A DNA stretch of 64,000 nucleotides, from assembly GCA_964016885.1 (NCBI GenBank), contig OZ024743.1:161262001-161326000 (forward strand), in the 5' to 3' direction. The notes under the pieces were generated by a model that was not told where the DNA came from, did no database searches, and saw only the letters and a list, made by a program, of their open reading frames with translations. The stretch is from Eledone cirrhosa (lineage: Eukaryota). The position numbers and the translations under genes are program-made. Positions 11,741 to 24,968 of this stretch are shown here, one piece after another (positions within the stretch are counted from its first letter, which is position 1; each line of letters starts with the position of its first letter).

Positions 11741-13686
11741 TTATTTCCATGGGCCTGAAAGGTAGGCGGTCTGCACAACCACTCGGAGATAATCAATAAA
11801 TATACATGCATATTGAGGTCTTTCATGTAAAATTTAAATCCATTTAATGTAAATATTTATTTTCGGATTAAAGAAAAAAATAATCTTTAAATGCATCCCT
11901 GTGCTTTTTCGCTTTGACTTTTTTTCCTGCAATATATTAATTGATATTGTATGAACCTCATCAATGGTATGATGCTATCTCTTGTATGTATTACTCTTGA
12001 AACTTATAACAATATATAAATTCCTGAAGATATGTAGAGCGATGGACCTCATATACATTGTTTTATAGCCAGCCATTATACATTAAAACATGTAGAATTA
12101 AAATTATGTTTTAAGTATAATTATCCTCTCTCCATTTATAAATTCTGAGTTGTGTGTGTGTATGTGTGTGAAACAGTCTTATATGAGTGAGACATGATCA
12201 CCCGACCCAACTTGCCTTTAAATGGGTCAAACCCATCTAACCCATGCTAGCGTGGAAGAGATGGACGTTAAATGATGATGATGATGTGTGTGTGTGTCAT
12301 GATCCTTGTATGTCTGTTTTCCAATTCTAGCATAGATTGGATAAGTCCTTTTCAACATATCTTCCCTTTTTATATATATATATATATATGGGTGTGTAGA
12401 TATATTTATATATAGGGCAGAGTGGTCTATACAGTTGAATTAATGACTGACAACCTCTCTAGTGCTGGTGCCATGAAAAATGCACCCAAGTACACTCTGG
12501 TTACTGACGATAGGAATCCAACTGTAGAACCCATACCAACCAAGTGGTTGGGAAAAGTCTTCAGGTGTCTCAAAGAGAAGGCAACATCCTTAATATTTAT
12601 GATCTATACAATAAATACACCAGTACAATCTGTAAAATGGTTGATGATAGGTAGGGTATCCAGCCATACAAAACCTACCAAATAAAAGGTCAGGAGGACT
12701 CTTCGGCTGTGTCAAAGACATGACAACCTCCCCACTGCTGGTGCCACAATACAATACACTTGGTAAATTGCAGACTGTCTGGGCACTCGGTGGAGTACAG
12801 GAACATATGTAAGCAAGATGCTAGCCCCCAGCCATCTGTGATGCCTGTAGCTTAGCTTGAGTCTTGACTCGATCTCTGAGGAGCCTTTAAACTCATGCCA
12901 GCAGAGAAAGCATACATTAAACGAGGATGATAATGACGAGAGAGAATCATGGAAATGTGGTAAAATACCAACAGTGGGTTTGGCTATTTTAACTAACTCA
13001 CAGAGTTGCCAGATAATGACATTAGTCTATCTACTCCACACCTTAACATGTATTGAGTGCTACCATGATCAGTAGCTTTCTCAGTCCCTATATACCATGG
13101 ATGTATCATATGTATATATATATATATATAAACATACACGCACACTCACACACACATATATATATATATATATATGCACACACATACATACATACATTCA
13201 TACACACATACATACACTCAATCCCCCACCCACCCCCGATCTAATCCCCTGTAACTTGTGTTTACTAAAATGAAATTGAAGCTGGAGGAGTGCCACTTCC
13301 AGATAATAAAATTAAAATGGATATGCAGGTAGTATTTGATGACCTTCAGGAAGTGAAATTCAATAGTGCTTTTGAGGCATAGAAGAAATGTGTTTGTGGG
13401 TGTCGGTGTGTACATGGATTCTATAAGCTGTAGCCAAGGCAGCCCATGTAGGAGAGCAGTCACTATGAATAAAACACTGATAGTATGGAGAGGACACAGC
13501 TCTTAAATTCTCACACACAACCTCTCTTGTGGTGGTTGTACAATAAAATGAACACATTCCATGCTGTAATAGATGATAGGAAGGGTATCCAGTCAAAGAC
13601 ACCATGCCAAAAATATGATAAGTACAACCCATGATATAATCACTAATTGCATATCTGATCTCAAAACTCTCATATATATTTATATA

Positions 13687-14040
13687 TACTGTATTTGACA
13701 GCTTATAAGACATTTTCACCCCAAAATGTCTCAGAAAATCACCCTGCATCTTATAAGTTCAAGGGTCAATTTGGGTAACTGGCTGGTGGAGTTCTAGTGC
13801 TGCAGTGGCTCTTAAATTAAATTTTCACATTTCCTTATTTTGAAAATGCACTAAAATATTACAATTAGAATTATGACTTAGAATGATAATAAAAAAAATA
13901 CTAAGTACAAACATTATACCCTTTACCTGACATTCTGACATTCATAGTTTAAACCCCCCCTCCCCTTTTTTTAAAAATGCCTGCCTAAATTGAGATTCGT
14001 CTTATAAGCCCATGTATCTTATAAGCCATCAAATATGGTA
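13687..14040. mobile_element. MITE (Tc1/pogo-like) with terminal inverted repeats
   Basis: TACTGTATTTGACAGCTTATAAGA at the left end and TCTTATAAGCCATCAAATATGGTA at the right; TA-flanked. Confidence 0.65.
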
Positions 14041-14057
14041 TATATATATATATATAG

Positions 14058-16320
14058 GAGGGAAGCTAGGCGACAAGTATACTTAGCTAGGAGCGAAGCA
14101 AAGGATAGAAAATTCAAGCATGTTTTGCAACGTGAGGACCAGAAATAGGAGGTGTTCAAGATTGCGAGACAGTGTGTCAGAGAGAATTGTGATGTCATTG
14201 GAGAGAAGTGTATCCGGAATGATAAAGGTGAGCTTGCCCTCACAAGTGCTGAGAAGAAAGATGCGTGGAAGAGCGATTATGATAGATTACTAAATGAGGG
14301 GAATGCATGGGAAGAAGAAACCTTACCCCAAGTAGACCCCATAGAGGGACCAGCAGTACAAGTGAGCAGCAGCATAGTAAGTAAGGCAATCAAAGATATG
14401 AAGACAGGGAAGGCAACCGGTCCATCGAGTATAGCTGCCGAGATGCTGAAGGCATCTGGGTCGGTAGGTCACACTATAACCACACATATTGTTAACCAGG
14501 TAATACTAGAAGGTGTCATACCAAAGGATTGGTGCAGTAGCATCATTGTCAACTGTTACAAAGGTAAAGGTGATGCACTAGATAGAGGAAACTATAGAGG
14601 TATAAATCTGATGGACCAGGTCATGAAAGTAACAGAAAGAGTTATAGCACAGTTGATTAGGGACCGGGTGAAACTAGATGAGATACAATTTGGTTTTGTA
14701 CCAGGAAGAGGAACCACTGATACCCTCTTCCTTGTGAGGCAGTTACAGGAAAAGTACCTAGTTAAAAGTAAACCACTCTACCTGGCATTCGTCGATCTCG
14801 AGAAAGCCTTTAACAGAGTTCCACGTGCTATAATCTGGTGGGCTCTTAGAAAACTAGGAGTAGATGAATGGCTTGTGAAACTGTACAAGCCATGTATAGG
14901 GGAGTAGTCAGCAAAGTTAGGATTAGCAATGAGTATAGCGAGGAATTTAGCGTACAGGTTGGGGTCCACCAGGGCTCTGTTCTTAGCCCTCTACTGTTCA
15001 TCATAGTCCTGCAGGCAATAACGGAGGAGTTTAAGACCGGATGCCCATGGGAACTCCTGTATGCAGATGACCTCGCACTTATAACTGAATCTATGGTAGA
15101 ACTAGAGAAGAAATTCCAAACTTGGAAGCAGGGACTAGAAAGAAAGGGTCTCAAAGTCAACCTGACAAAGACTAAGGTCCTTGTAAGTAGACGAGAAAAC
15201 AGAACCCAGATCCCCTCAGGGAAATGGCCTTGTTCAGTATGTAGGAAAGGTGTAGGTAGGAACTACATTCTCTGCCCCAAATGCAAACAATGGGTACACA
15301 AGAGATGTAGCGGGATCTCAGGAAGCTTAACTAAGAATGTAGGCTTCACATGTAGCAGCTGTGCTGGGACAACAAGCAGCAAACAGCCACAGGAAACAAG
15401 TACCACCAATCTCTGGGAGGGTTCTGTAGAAACAGTAGACAGCTTCTGCTACCTAGGTGACCGAATTAGCAGCGGAAGTGGGTGTTCAGAAAGTACAATA
15501 ACTAGGGTAAGAACGGGATGGAAAAAGTTCATGGATCTACTGCCACTGCTAGCTGCAAAAAGCTTTTCCCTCAAAATCAAAGGCAGACTGTATGATGCAT
15601 GTATACGAACAGCAATGTTACATGGTAGTGAGACCTGCGCGCTGAATGTAGAAGACTTGCGTAGATTAGAAAGAAATGAAGCCTGCATGCTCCGATGGAT
15701 GTGTAATAGTAATATACGCAAACGGCAAAGCATAAATGATTTGAGTGAGACTGAGCATAAGAGGAATCAAATGCTGTGTGCAGGAGAGGCGGTTGCGTTG
15801 GTATGGACATGTGATGCGTATGAAGGATGACAGCTGCATAAAAAGGTGCAGAGCACTAGAAGTCGATGGAAACCGCGGAGTGGGGAGACCCAAGGAGACC
15901 TGGGATGAGGTGATAAAAGCTGACCTTACCCAATTATACCTCTCAAAAGCGATGACATACGACCGTGACCTCTGGCGTCACTCAGTAATACAGAATACCC
16001 AACACCCCATGGGTACAAGCCGAAGCTGAAGCATATACACAATATGCCCCCACACCCTCCCACTGTAAAGTGGTCGTGGAGGTGCCATTGCAAAAAAGCA
16101 CCCAGACCACACTGTAAAGTGGACGTGTAGACGCCATGGAAAAAAAGCACCCAGCACTCACTGTAAATGAGGTTGGTGTTAGGAAGCGCATCCAGCTGTA
16201 GAAATCAATTCCCGTATGGGCAAGACAAGGTCAGCCGACCGGACACTGCCCACAACAGGACAATCCATCTAACCCATGCTAGCGTGGAAAAACGGACGTA
16301 AAACGGTGATGATGATGATA
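14058..16320 (+). mobile_element. RTE-clade LINE, best-preserved copy (RT split by frameshifts)
   Basis: Overlapping ORFs 14152-14907, 14868-15830 and 15745-16029 carry NYRGI, QFGFVPGRGTTD, FVDLEKAF, QGSVLSP, YADD and RLRWYGHV; 3'UTR and (GAT)n tail. Confidence 0.95.
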
Positions 16321-17112
16321 TATATATATAAACTTAAGACAATTGACAAAGAAAGGACAAGACAATGAATGGGAACTAAATAATTCGAAAACCTTAAATT
16401 AATTTTTAAAATAAATATACAAACAAAGCACACAGAACTCCATGGTCATCGGCCATTGAGATAGACTTGGGCAGTTTCAACCCTACCAACAGTATTGCTG
16501 GTCCATCTGGGGTTACAGCATCTGAAAGTGGAGTAAGAGATGAGGGACAAAAGATTAATTTATAGTCGTTAAACTACAAAACAAAAAGAGTTTTGTGTGA
16601 CGTCAGGGAAAATGTCTGGTGCCTCATAGCACAAGACATGAATAAAACAAAGAAAATAAAGGAAGAAAAAAAGTAAAATGAAGAAAGTAAGATATCGTGT
16701 TTAAAAAAATGTAAGCCATTGCAATAATGGATGCAGAAGAGATAAACACGTATATAATCTTGGGCCTCGAATAATCTCCCCAACCCCACTTATTAATTTA
16801 GGTACCCCCCCCCCCTCCCATTACATTTTTGTTAATCTATGGTGAAATTTTAAGTGGTAACATTCCTTGGACAATTAATTTTCTAAATAGGATCGGTTGC
16901 GGTCTGAACGACTAATTTTGGTTTTTAAAAAAATCAACGGAGACAACGTAAAAACATCACTGATTTTCCAACTGCCCTGCTTATCCCCCCCCCCCTCCCA
17001 CTTATTTTGGATACTATAGTATATATATTATATATATAAAATGTTATAGTTTGCTTGAAGCATTGTATGTAATATATAACGTTGAAAGAGATAGAAGGCT
17101 AAACAATGCAAT

Positions 17113-17190
17113 AGATATCCATCTCAACACACACCCAAATATATATATATATATATATATATATTTGGGTGTGTGTTGAGATGGATATCT
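17113..17190. repeat. Perfect 78-bp palindrome centred on a (TA)n tract
   Basis: agatatccatctcaacacacacccaaat(at)n atttgggtgtgtgttgagatggatatct. Confidence 0.9.
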
Positions 17191-17444
17191 CTTTGATTAA
17201 GTAAGAGCATTAGAACACAGACAGACATATTTACTCAACACATGCTGACAGTGATTCAGTTTCATTAAAGATAAATTAGTTTTCACTATTATATAAGATC
17301 ATCGACTGGTGTTTGTTGAAATCTAAAGTACTTTCATGTCCCGCTTCCTTCACCACCATTCTTTATAACCTTTTAATCTAGTTTTGAAGAAAAACTTTTC
17401 CTGAATTATGAAATTTTTTATTTAATCAATTATACATAAACATA

Positions 17445-17627
17445 TTCCACTGCAAAGTGGTCGTGGAGGTGCCACGGCAAAAAAGCACCCAGCACTCACT
17501 GTAAATGAGGTTGGTGTTAGGAAGGGCATCCAGCTGTAGAAATCAAGCCAGAATCAGTTCCCGTCCCACCCTTGCAAGCAGGGAAAAAGTGGATGTAAAT
17601 TAATGATGATGATGATGATGATGATAT
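17445..17627 (+). mobile_element. 5'-truncated SINE (RTE-tail family)
   Basis: Matches the 3' half of 24628-24968; (GAT)n tail. Confidence 0.85.
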
Positions 17628-17702
17628 TATGTAAACTATATTTTACAAAAAGAAGTTATACAATAATGGAAATATGAAAAAAAAAAACTATAAAAACAAA
17701 AT

Positions 17703-17875
17703 TACCGTATTTCCCCAGCGTCAAATACACTACTTTTTCCTTAAAATAAGTCTCAAAAATCTACCATGCATCCTAGAGGCCAAAGGTTGTTTATTATTTT
17801 TTTTCAAATTTTTGGTTGTCAAAATTAGGGTGCGTCCTCGAGGACAAAGCGTCTTTGGCATCGGGAAATATGGTA
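17703..17875. mobile_element. MITE (pogo/Tigger-like)
   Basis: TA-CCGTATTTCCC at the left end and GGGAAATATGG-TA at the right. Confidence 0.7.
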
Positions 17876-19892
17876 AGTAATGAAAATAGAGCAGAAGGGG
17901 TAAAGAATGGCAGATCTGACTGTAAAGGAGAGTAGAGGAAAGGACTATAAATGCCATAAATGAGAGGGATAGGAGGGAAACACAAAGACTATTAGACCAC
18001 AGAAGAAAGGGAGGGGGATAGGCTCTATGCCTATATAGTTTTGGTAGGTGGTCTTATTTAGCTGACAGCCTCAGCTCTCCAAAGTACCACCACTTCTGCA
18101 ACCAGTATTGGAATTATTAACTCCTCTGTCACAACAATTATTACAATTAAATACTATAACTATTGAATACACATTGAGACACTGTATGAAGTATGCACTA
18201 CTATGCTTGTCTTTGTTTGTTTTCCCTCATTCACGGACACATACACTATTTGGGAATAAAGATAACTAGGTGAGTTAGTGCAGTTAATGGTCAAGTTGAA
18301 CTCTTGATGGTTAATAGTTGAAGCATGGCTCTAGAAAAATACTTTTCTGAAGAACAAGTTTTTAAGTGATTAGTGTGATGTCTGGGAAATGGGATACAGT
18401 AACAATAGTGATGCCTGTCTAATGGAAGACTTGTGTCTTCTGTATGGTCTTGTTAAATGAATGCTTGCTTATAATATGTTTGTAATGTTTTGGTGTCTTG
18501 TGAAGCGAAATGTGTAATATTTTGATTTTATGTGTATTGTGGTGTCACTACTGTTTGCTCCAGGTCAGTCCAGACCATACAAATCTATATTCTAAGGCAG
18601 ACCAGCATTAGTATTGTCATTTTGTATATTTATTACTATATTATCTGTGTCCTTTCCATTTTACAACAGTAGGGTGTGATTTAAGAGAGATGTTGATGGT
18701 ATTTTTAGGAAGTCAAGCGAATATATAGAGGCCTCTTTGTTGGTCCACATCATGTCTGATGTTATTGCTTAACTGCAACTTTGTCCTGATCAAGCAGATC
18801 TATGATAAAAGCCATTCCAGTCATAACCATTTTGTCTTTTTTAGAGTTATGACAGACTATGCTATCTAACATATCCTTGCTCGGCCTAACACACAATGAG
18901 TTGTGTGTGTAATGTTTTGATGTTATGTAATGTTCTCTTCAAATCTGGGAGTTTTGCCCAGTAGGGGTGGTAATGGTAGTGACTAAGACAACTGAAATAA
19001 TAGTAGTGTTGGACATGTCTGATCAAACAGAACTAAAATCAAAATCATTCCATCCCTGACCACCCTGCCTTTTTGTGTATTTGGAAGTACATTGTCCAAT
19101 GGATTTTTTTTATTTTAGACAGTAGGATATGATTTGAGAAATATTTAATAACTGTTTCTTGCAAGACACGCAATCTTCGTAAAAGCTTTTCTTTGCTATG
19201 TTAGTATTAGTGTGTTGATTTTAGATATGTTAGTAATAGTACTGTTAATGGTGATGATGGTGGTAGTAGTAGTACTGGTGGTTAAACCCAGCTGCAGAAA
19301 AGCCATATGCAATGCTTATTTATTATTGGTGTTTAATAGCAATATCTATAGGTGTTTATGTGGTATGTACTTACATAGAGGTATACAGTTTTACATGCAC
19401 TCACATACATATCTATCAGTTCACTCATGAGAAATGCCTTATAGACACCATATCCAAGGCTGGTACCACTTGACTAGCTGAAGATGCATAATATATATGA
19501 CTACATTTGTGTGTGTTTGTTTGCCAAACTCATGTAAGCTTGGAAAAAAAAACCGGACATAAAATGATAATGTATATATATGTGTGTTTCAGATTAAAAG
19601 GTCAACACTTTACATGGCTCTGCTAACATCCGATTCCTTGCCAGCTGTATATTTTTTTGTTTTTCAATATTTTTATCATCGGAGCCACTTGTTCATGTTG
19701 CAACCATCACCTAAGTATCTAGTACAGTGCTATTGTTCTAAATATGGCCAAACACTTATAATCTTTATCAATGTAGCTCTTCTTTACAATCACCATCGAC
19801 TGAGTCTGACACACGCACATTTCTACACATGTATATACCTACAAACATACATACCTATATGCACACACATGTATACACACGTGTATATATAT

Positions 19893-19933
<41 letters not shown>

Positions 19934-20049
19934 GTAGGAGGTGAGTTTTATTGTAGTACAATAAAGCAATGCAGATATCGGATAAGAAGCATATATTATA
20001 TTATATTATATATTATATTATATATAAGAAGCATATATTATATTATATA

Positions 20050-20947
20050 CTAGCAGTAAAGCCCGACGTTGCTCGGGGTCGCTCAGTAGCTGTGTTAAAG
20101 TTACAATGTTAAGTTTCTTTCTTGGCTTAAAAACTGTAGTGTCTACTGTGCAGACTTGCATGTGGTGTTTTTGATTAATATTCCCTCAACCAACAATATG
20201 CCTTATGAAGTTAAGAAAACATAACGATAACCCGAATGTTATAACAAAAGAGGATGCTGGGGATAGAAACTGCACTGGTTATTTATTAACAAAGATCGAA
20301 AATGTAAACACTGCAACGCAGAGAAAAACATTAGCGTAACCAAATTATCAGTTATGTCTGTCTGCACGCCTATATCACCTCTCTGCACGACTGTCTGTCT
20401 GCACGCCTATATCACCTCTCTGCACGACTGTCTGTCTGCACGCCTATATCACCTCTCTGCACGACTATCTGTCTGCATGCGTATATCACCTCTCTGCACG
20501 ACTGTCTGTCTGCACGCCTAACGACGAAATATTTGCTTGTTTTACGTAGTCTTTAAATAGACTTGTTTTCAAGTAAAAATATTGTTTTAAAATGCTTTTA
20601 AATGGAAATGAAGCAAAACGGAAGTTTAGTGTTCGAACTGATGAATTTTGCAGGTCAATATTTTGCTGGCTCGACAACTGTTAAAGCCAGCATAATTTTT
20701 TACGTAAGACGCTCAATGTAAACAGAACAAAGGGAAATAACTGATAACTTACGCTCAAAAATCGATACATTATATTCGATTTCGTCACATAGAGTGGGTC
20801 AATTTGAAATGTTTTTTTTCCGATGTCTTCGCTAGGGCTCAATGTACAAGTATAGCAATTTCGGTGCAATTCCGTGAGAGATTCTAAGAGGAGATGTGTG
20901 CCAAAAATCGATAGACAGACAGACAACCACAGTTTTATATATATAGA
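20050..20947 (-). mobile_element. Non-autonomous Helitron (898 bp) with an internal minisatellite
   Basis: Minus strand begins TCTATATATATAAAAC and ends CTAG, with a subterminal GC hairpin (CCCGACGTTGCTCGGG); inserted between A and T with no TSD. Confidence 0.85.
20355..20520. repeat. 37-bp minisatellite (~4.5 copies) inside the Helitron
   Basis: Unit tgtctgtctgcacgcctatatcacctctctgcacgac, period 37. Confidence 0.92.
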
Positions 20948-20952
20948 TTATA

Positions 20953-21139
20953 GGGCGGAAGATTGGCAGTATCGGTAGAGGGTTGGACGCCATGCTTTGA
21001 CGCATAGAGTTACGGTCCTTGCCATTCTGAGTTCAAATCGCGCCGAGGTTAACTTTGCCTTTCATCCTTTCGGGGTCGATAAAATAAAGTACCAGTAATA
21101 CACTGGGTAATTGCTGGCCTTGTGCCAAATGTAGAAACA
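20953..21139 (+). mobile_element. tRNA-derived SINE, family B (Meta-SINE-like central domain)
   Basis: Pol III A-box-like TGGCAGTATCGG, B-box GAGTTCAAATC, central GCCTTTCATCCTTTCGGGGTCGATAAAATAAAGTACC; several copies in the window. Confidence 0.85.
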
Positions 21140-21461
21140 ATTATATTATATATTATATATATATATAAGAAGCATATATTATATTATATATTAAGAAGCA
21201 TATATTATATTATATTATATATTATATTATATATAAGAAGCATATATTATATTATATATATATATATTGTTATACTTGGGGAGAGTCATATTTGTGTAAT
21301 ATTGCCAGAATTAATAACAGAACACACTCACTGTTTGGTTGGTTTTCACTTTATATATATATATATATACATATATATATGGTTGGCATGAGGAAGGGCA
21401 TCCAGCCATAAAAACCAAGCCAAAATCGGTTCTGTATGAGCAAGACTATATATATATATAA

Positions 21462-21720
21462 TCATCATCATCACTGATTAACGTCCATTTTCCACACTAG
21501 CCTGGGTTAGACTGGTTGTCCTATTTAAGGTAAGTCGAGGTCAGATGATCATGTCTTGCTCATACAGAACCGATTTTGGCTTGGTTTTTATGGCTGGATG
21601 CCCTTTCTCATGCCAACCACCATTACAGTAAGTATTGTGTGCTTTTTTTCGTGATACCTACACGATCACTTTATAGTGTGGGCTCGGTGCTTTTTGTCGT
21701 GGCACCAACACGACCAGCTA
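21462..21720 (-). mobile_element. RTE 3'UTR-derived repeat fragment
   Basis: (ATC)n tail plus TGGATGCCCTTTCTCATGCCAACC, shared with RTE 3'UTRs. Confidence 0.7.
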
Positions 21721-21969
21721 TCTATCTCTCTCTATATATATTATATATATATATTTATATATATATATTTATATTTATATATATATATAGCAAGCGAGAG
21801 AGAGAGATTTATGTATGGTAGAAATATGTGTAACTATAGTTACAGGTGGTTCGTCAGTTGAAGCTCTCAATTCAGTTACATGGTTCGGTCACATGTAGGT
21901 TTATACTTCTGTGTACTTTAAGGCTAAGGCAGCTGTAACATGGGGAATGTAAATACAGATGTATGTGTG

Positions 21970-23290
21970 TATATGAGGCAGTGTGTCAGGGAAACTTATG
22001 ATGTTGTTGAGGAGAAGTGTATCTGAGATGACGATGGTGCCTTTGCCTTCACTGATCCTGAAAAGAAGGCAGCAAAGAAGTGTCATTATGAGAGACTGCT
22101 GAATGAGGAGAATGTGTATGGGGGAAGATAGCCTGCCCCAAGTGGACCCAACAGAGGGACTAGCTGAACAAGTCAGCAACAGCATAGTAAGTAAGGCAAT
22201 AATGGGTATAAGGACAGGCAAAGCATCTGGGATGGTAGGGCACACCACAACCACCCATATTTTAACCAAATAATACAAAATGGTATTAAACCCAATGATT
22301 GGCATAGCAGCAGCATCATCAACTGCTACAAGAGCAAAGGTGATGCACTAGATAGAGAAAACTATAGAGGCATCAAATTGATGCCCAAGTTACAGAAAGA
22401 GTTATTTTACAGGTGATTAGAGACTGAGTTAACTTAGATGAGATGCAGTTCGAATTTGGGCCAGGTAAATGTACCACTGATGCCCTCTTCATTGTGAGGC
22501 AACAACAGGAGAAAAACCTAGCTAAAAGTAAACCCTCTACTTAGCAGTTTTTTACCTGGAGAAAACCTTTGACAGGGTCCCCCATTCTGTAATCTGATGG
22601 GGATTTAGAAAACTAGGAGTAGGTGAGTGGCTTGTGAAAGCAGTACAAGCCATGTACAGAGATGCAGTCAACAAGGTTAAAATTAATAATGACTATAGTG
22701 AGGAGTTTAGTGCACAAGTGGGCGTTCACCAGGCCTCCGTCCTTAACCCTTCCTGTTTATTATCGTCCTCCAGGTTATAACAGAAGAGTTTATGATTGGA
22801 TACACTTGGGAACTGTTGTTTGCTGATGATCTCTCTCATGGATGAATCTATGGCAAATCTAGAGAAAAAATTCCTGACCTGGAAGCATAACTTGGAATCA
22901 AAAGATCTTAAAGTCAACTTAGCAAAGACTAAAATCCTAGTAAGTTGAAACGAAAAGAAGGCCCTGATCCCTTCAGGAAAATTGCTCTGCTTAGTGTGTA
23001 GGAAAGGAGTAGGTATAAATTCCTTCCTATGTCCCAAATGCATGTTATGGGTACACAAGAGATGTAGTAGGATCTTAAGCTGGCTTGAAAAGAATGTAGG
23101 GTTTATATGTGGTCAATGCACAGGAACAATATGTAGCAAGAGCTCACAGGATACTAGCTCCTTTAAATGCCCAGAGGGTTCTAGAGAAGTTCTTGATAGT
23201 TTCTGTTACCTGGGTGACCAAATTAGCAGTGCCGGAGGGTGTTCCGAAAATACAGTAGCTAGAGTGAGAATGGGTTAGAAAAAGTTCATG
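21970..23290 (+). mobile_element. RTE-clade LINE fragment, heavily decayed
   Basis: Homologous to 14150-15530 (VCRKGVGINSFLCPKCMLWVHKRCS, DSFCYLGD) with many stops and indels. Confidence 0.88.
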
Positions 23291-23459
23291 ATGATTCTGT
23301 CTGAGAATTATGTTAAGGGCACATACGCCTGTGGAATACACTGAGCAGGCAATTCAATTGTTCAAATGACTGAAATGGGAAATATTCATTATAGAAATTG
23401 ATAGAGTCTTCATTTGCTTTCTAAAATAATTGATTATCTTCATTTGAGGGGTAATAAGT

Positions 23460-23660
23460 CTGTCTAAGAAAGTTGAGTGTATACATTGGAGGAGTGATAG
23501 GTCTAAGATATGTGAGTTTATACATTGGCAGAGTAATAGGTCTCAGACAGATGAGTGTTTGCATTGGAGGGCTGATTGGTCTGTCTAAGATAGTTGAGTA
23601 TATACAGTGGCAGGCTGATGCGTTTGACTAAGGTAGTTGAGTTTATATGTTGGAGGGGGT
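23460..23660. repeat. Degenerate ~40-bp minisatellite (~5 copies)
   Basis: Recurrent gagtttatacattggaggagtgataggtct...ctaagatagtt motif. Confidence 0.65.
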
Positions 23661-24250
23661 GAAAATAATCGGGAATTTTAAGAGATTTAATAATATCACT
23701 TTTTCATTATTAAGCTAGTGTTTCAAACATAGTTTAACGAAGGCTCATAAATAAAATTACGATTAAAGTGTTTTATATAAATATAAACATTTGAAATTTT
23801 TTAGTCTCAGATAGTTTTGGAAAGCTACAATGGTTTGGATTTTATTAGGTTTTAAAAGTAATATAATTCTCCTATGCTAGTCCAACATTATTTGATGTTT
23901 CCTTTTCATTTTGTTTATGATGATAGGTTGTTATTTGGGGAAATTTAGTTGATATTCCTACCAGGTTGAGTAACAGCATAGAATCTCCCCATTTTGCTCA
24001 TTACAGGTTTAGTTGTTGCCCCAAGAAAGTCTTGATTGAGCAGATTATTCTAGTTGTAACATCTTTGTTTTAAAACTGTATCGTATAATTTCAGGGAAAT
24101 GTGGCTCCCATTACTATCATGCTGAGTAAGTCACTTAAAGACTTTCTAGTTGGGAAATGTAGATTTTACCTTTCATCCATTCAAGGTTGATAAAAAAACA
24201 GTACCAGTATAGTAGTGGGGACAATTCTTCTTCTATCTCTTTCTCACTTC

Positions 24251-24299
<49 letters not shown>

Positions 24300-24627
24300 T
24301 CTCTAGATGAAATCTGTTGTATTCAGACATGGAAAGAATTGGGCTCTGGCAGGTTTTAAAAATGCCCTACCACTCCCTCAACGGTTACGGAGCTAAAAAA
24401 AACCTTTATTCCCTAAAAGTGATTTTTTTACGTGTATGTTTGTGAATTTGCTAGGTTCTGCTGCATTTTAGTTTTGGGATTTCATTATTGTTTTTTCTGG
24501 TGTGTGATGGAAAAAAGAGGTCAAGGTTATATCTAATCTAGATGAAATAATGAGTATCCAGTGTTTTATTTCTGTCTTTGTGAATTTTAATTGTTTTGTA
24601 AAGTGATTTTGGAAAAGTGTTTGATAT

Positions 24628-24968
24628 GGAGGCACATGGCTTAGTGGTTAGAGCATTGCCCTTGCAATCGAAAGGTTGTGAGTTCAATTCTCAGACCGGG
24701 TGATGTGTTGTTTCCTTGAGCAAGACACTTTATTTCACATTGCTCCAGTTTACTCAGCTGTAGAAATGAGATGATAGAGACAGGGGTCCATATCATTCCA
24801 CTGCAAAGTGGTCATGGAGGTGCCATGGCAAAAAAGCACCCAGCACTCACTGTAAATGAGGTTGGTGTTAGGAAGGGCATCCAGCTGTAGAAATCAAGCC
24901 AGAATCAGTTCCCGTCCCACCCTTGCAAGCAGGGAAAAAGCGGATGTAAAATGAAATGATGAAATGAA
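24628..24968 (+). mobile_element. tRNA-derived SINE, family A (CORE-like middle, RTE-derived tail), full length
   Basis: A-box TGGCTTAGTGG, B-box GAGTTCAATTC, CORE-like CCTTGAGCAAGACACTTTA, 3' part shared with RTE 3'UTRs; near-identical copies at 39900-40227 and 57368-57706. Confidence 0.9.

Noticed and set aside
13331-13370. Hammerhead-like TTGATGA CCTTCAGGAAGT GAAA TTCAATA
   Set aside because: Core is mutated, stem I is mostly G-U pairs and the loops are too tight; not distinguishable from chance.
20355-20520. CRISPR-like 37-bp repeats
   Set aside because: Head-to-tail with no spacers; an internal Helitron minisatellite.
24628-24700. tRNA gene
   Set aside because: A and B boxes are present, but the sequence continues into a SINE body and tail in several copies; it is a SINE head.
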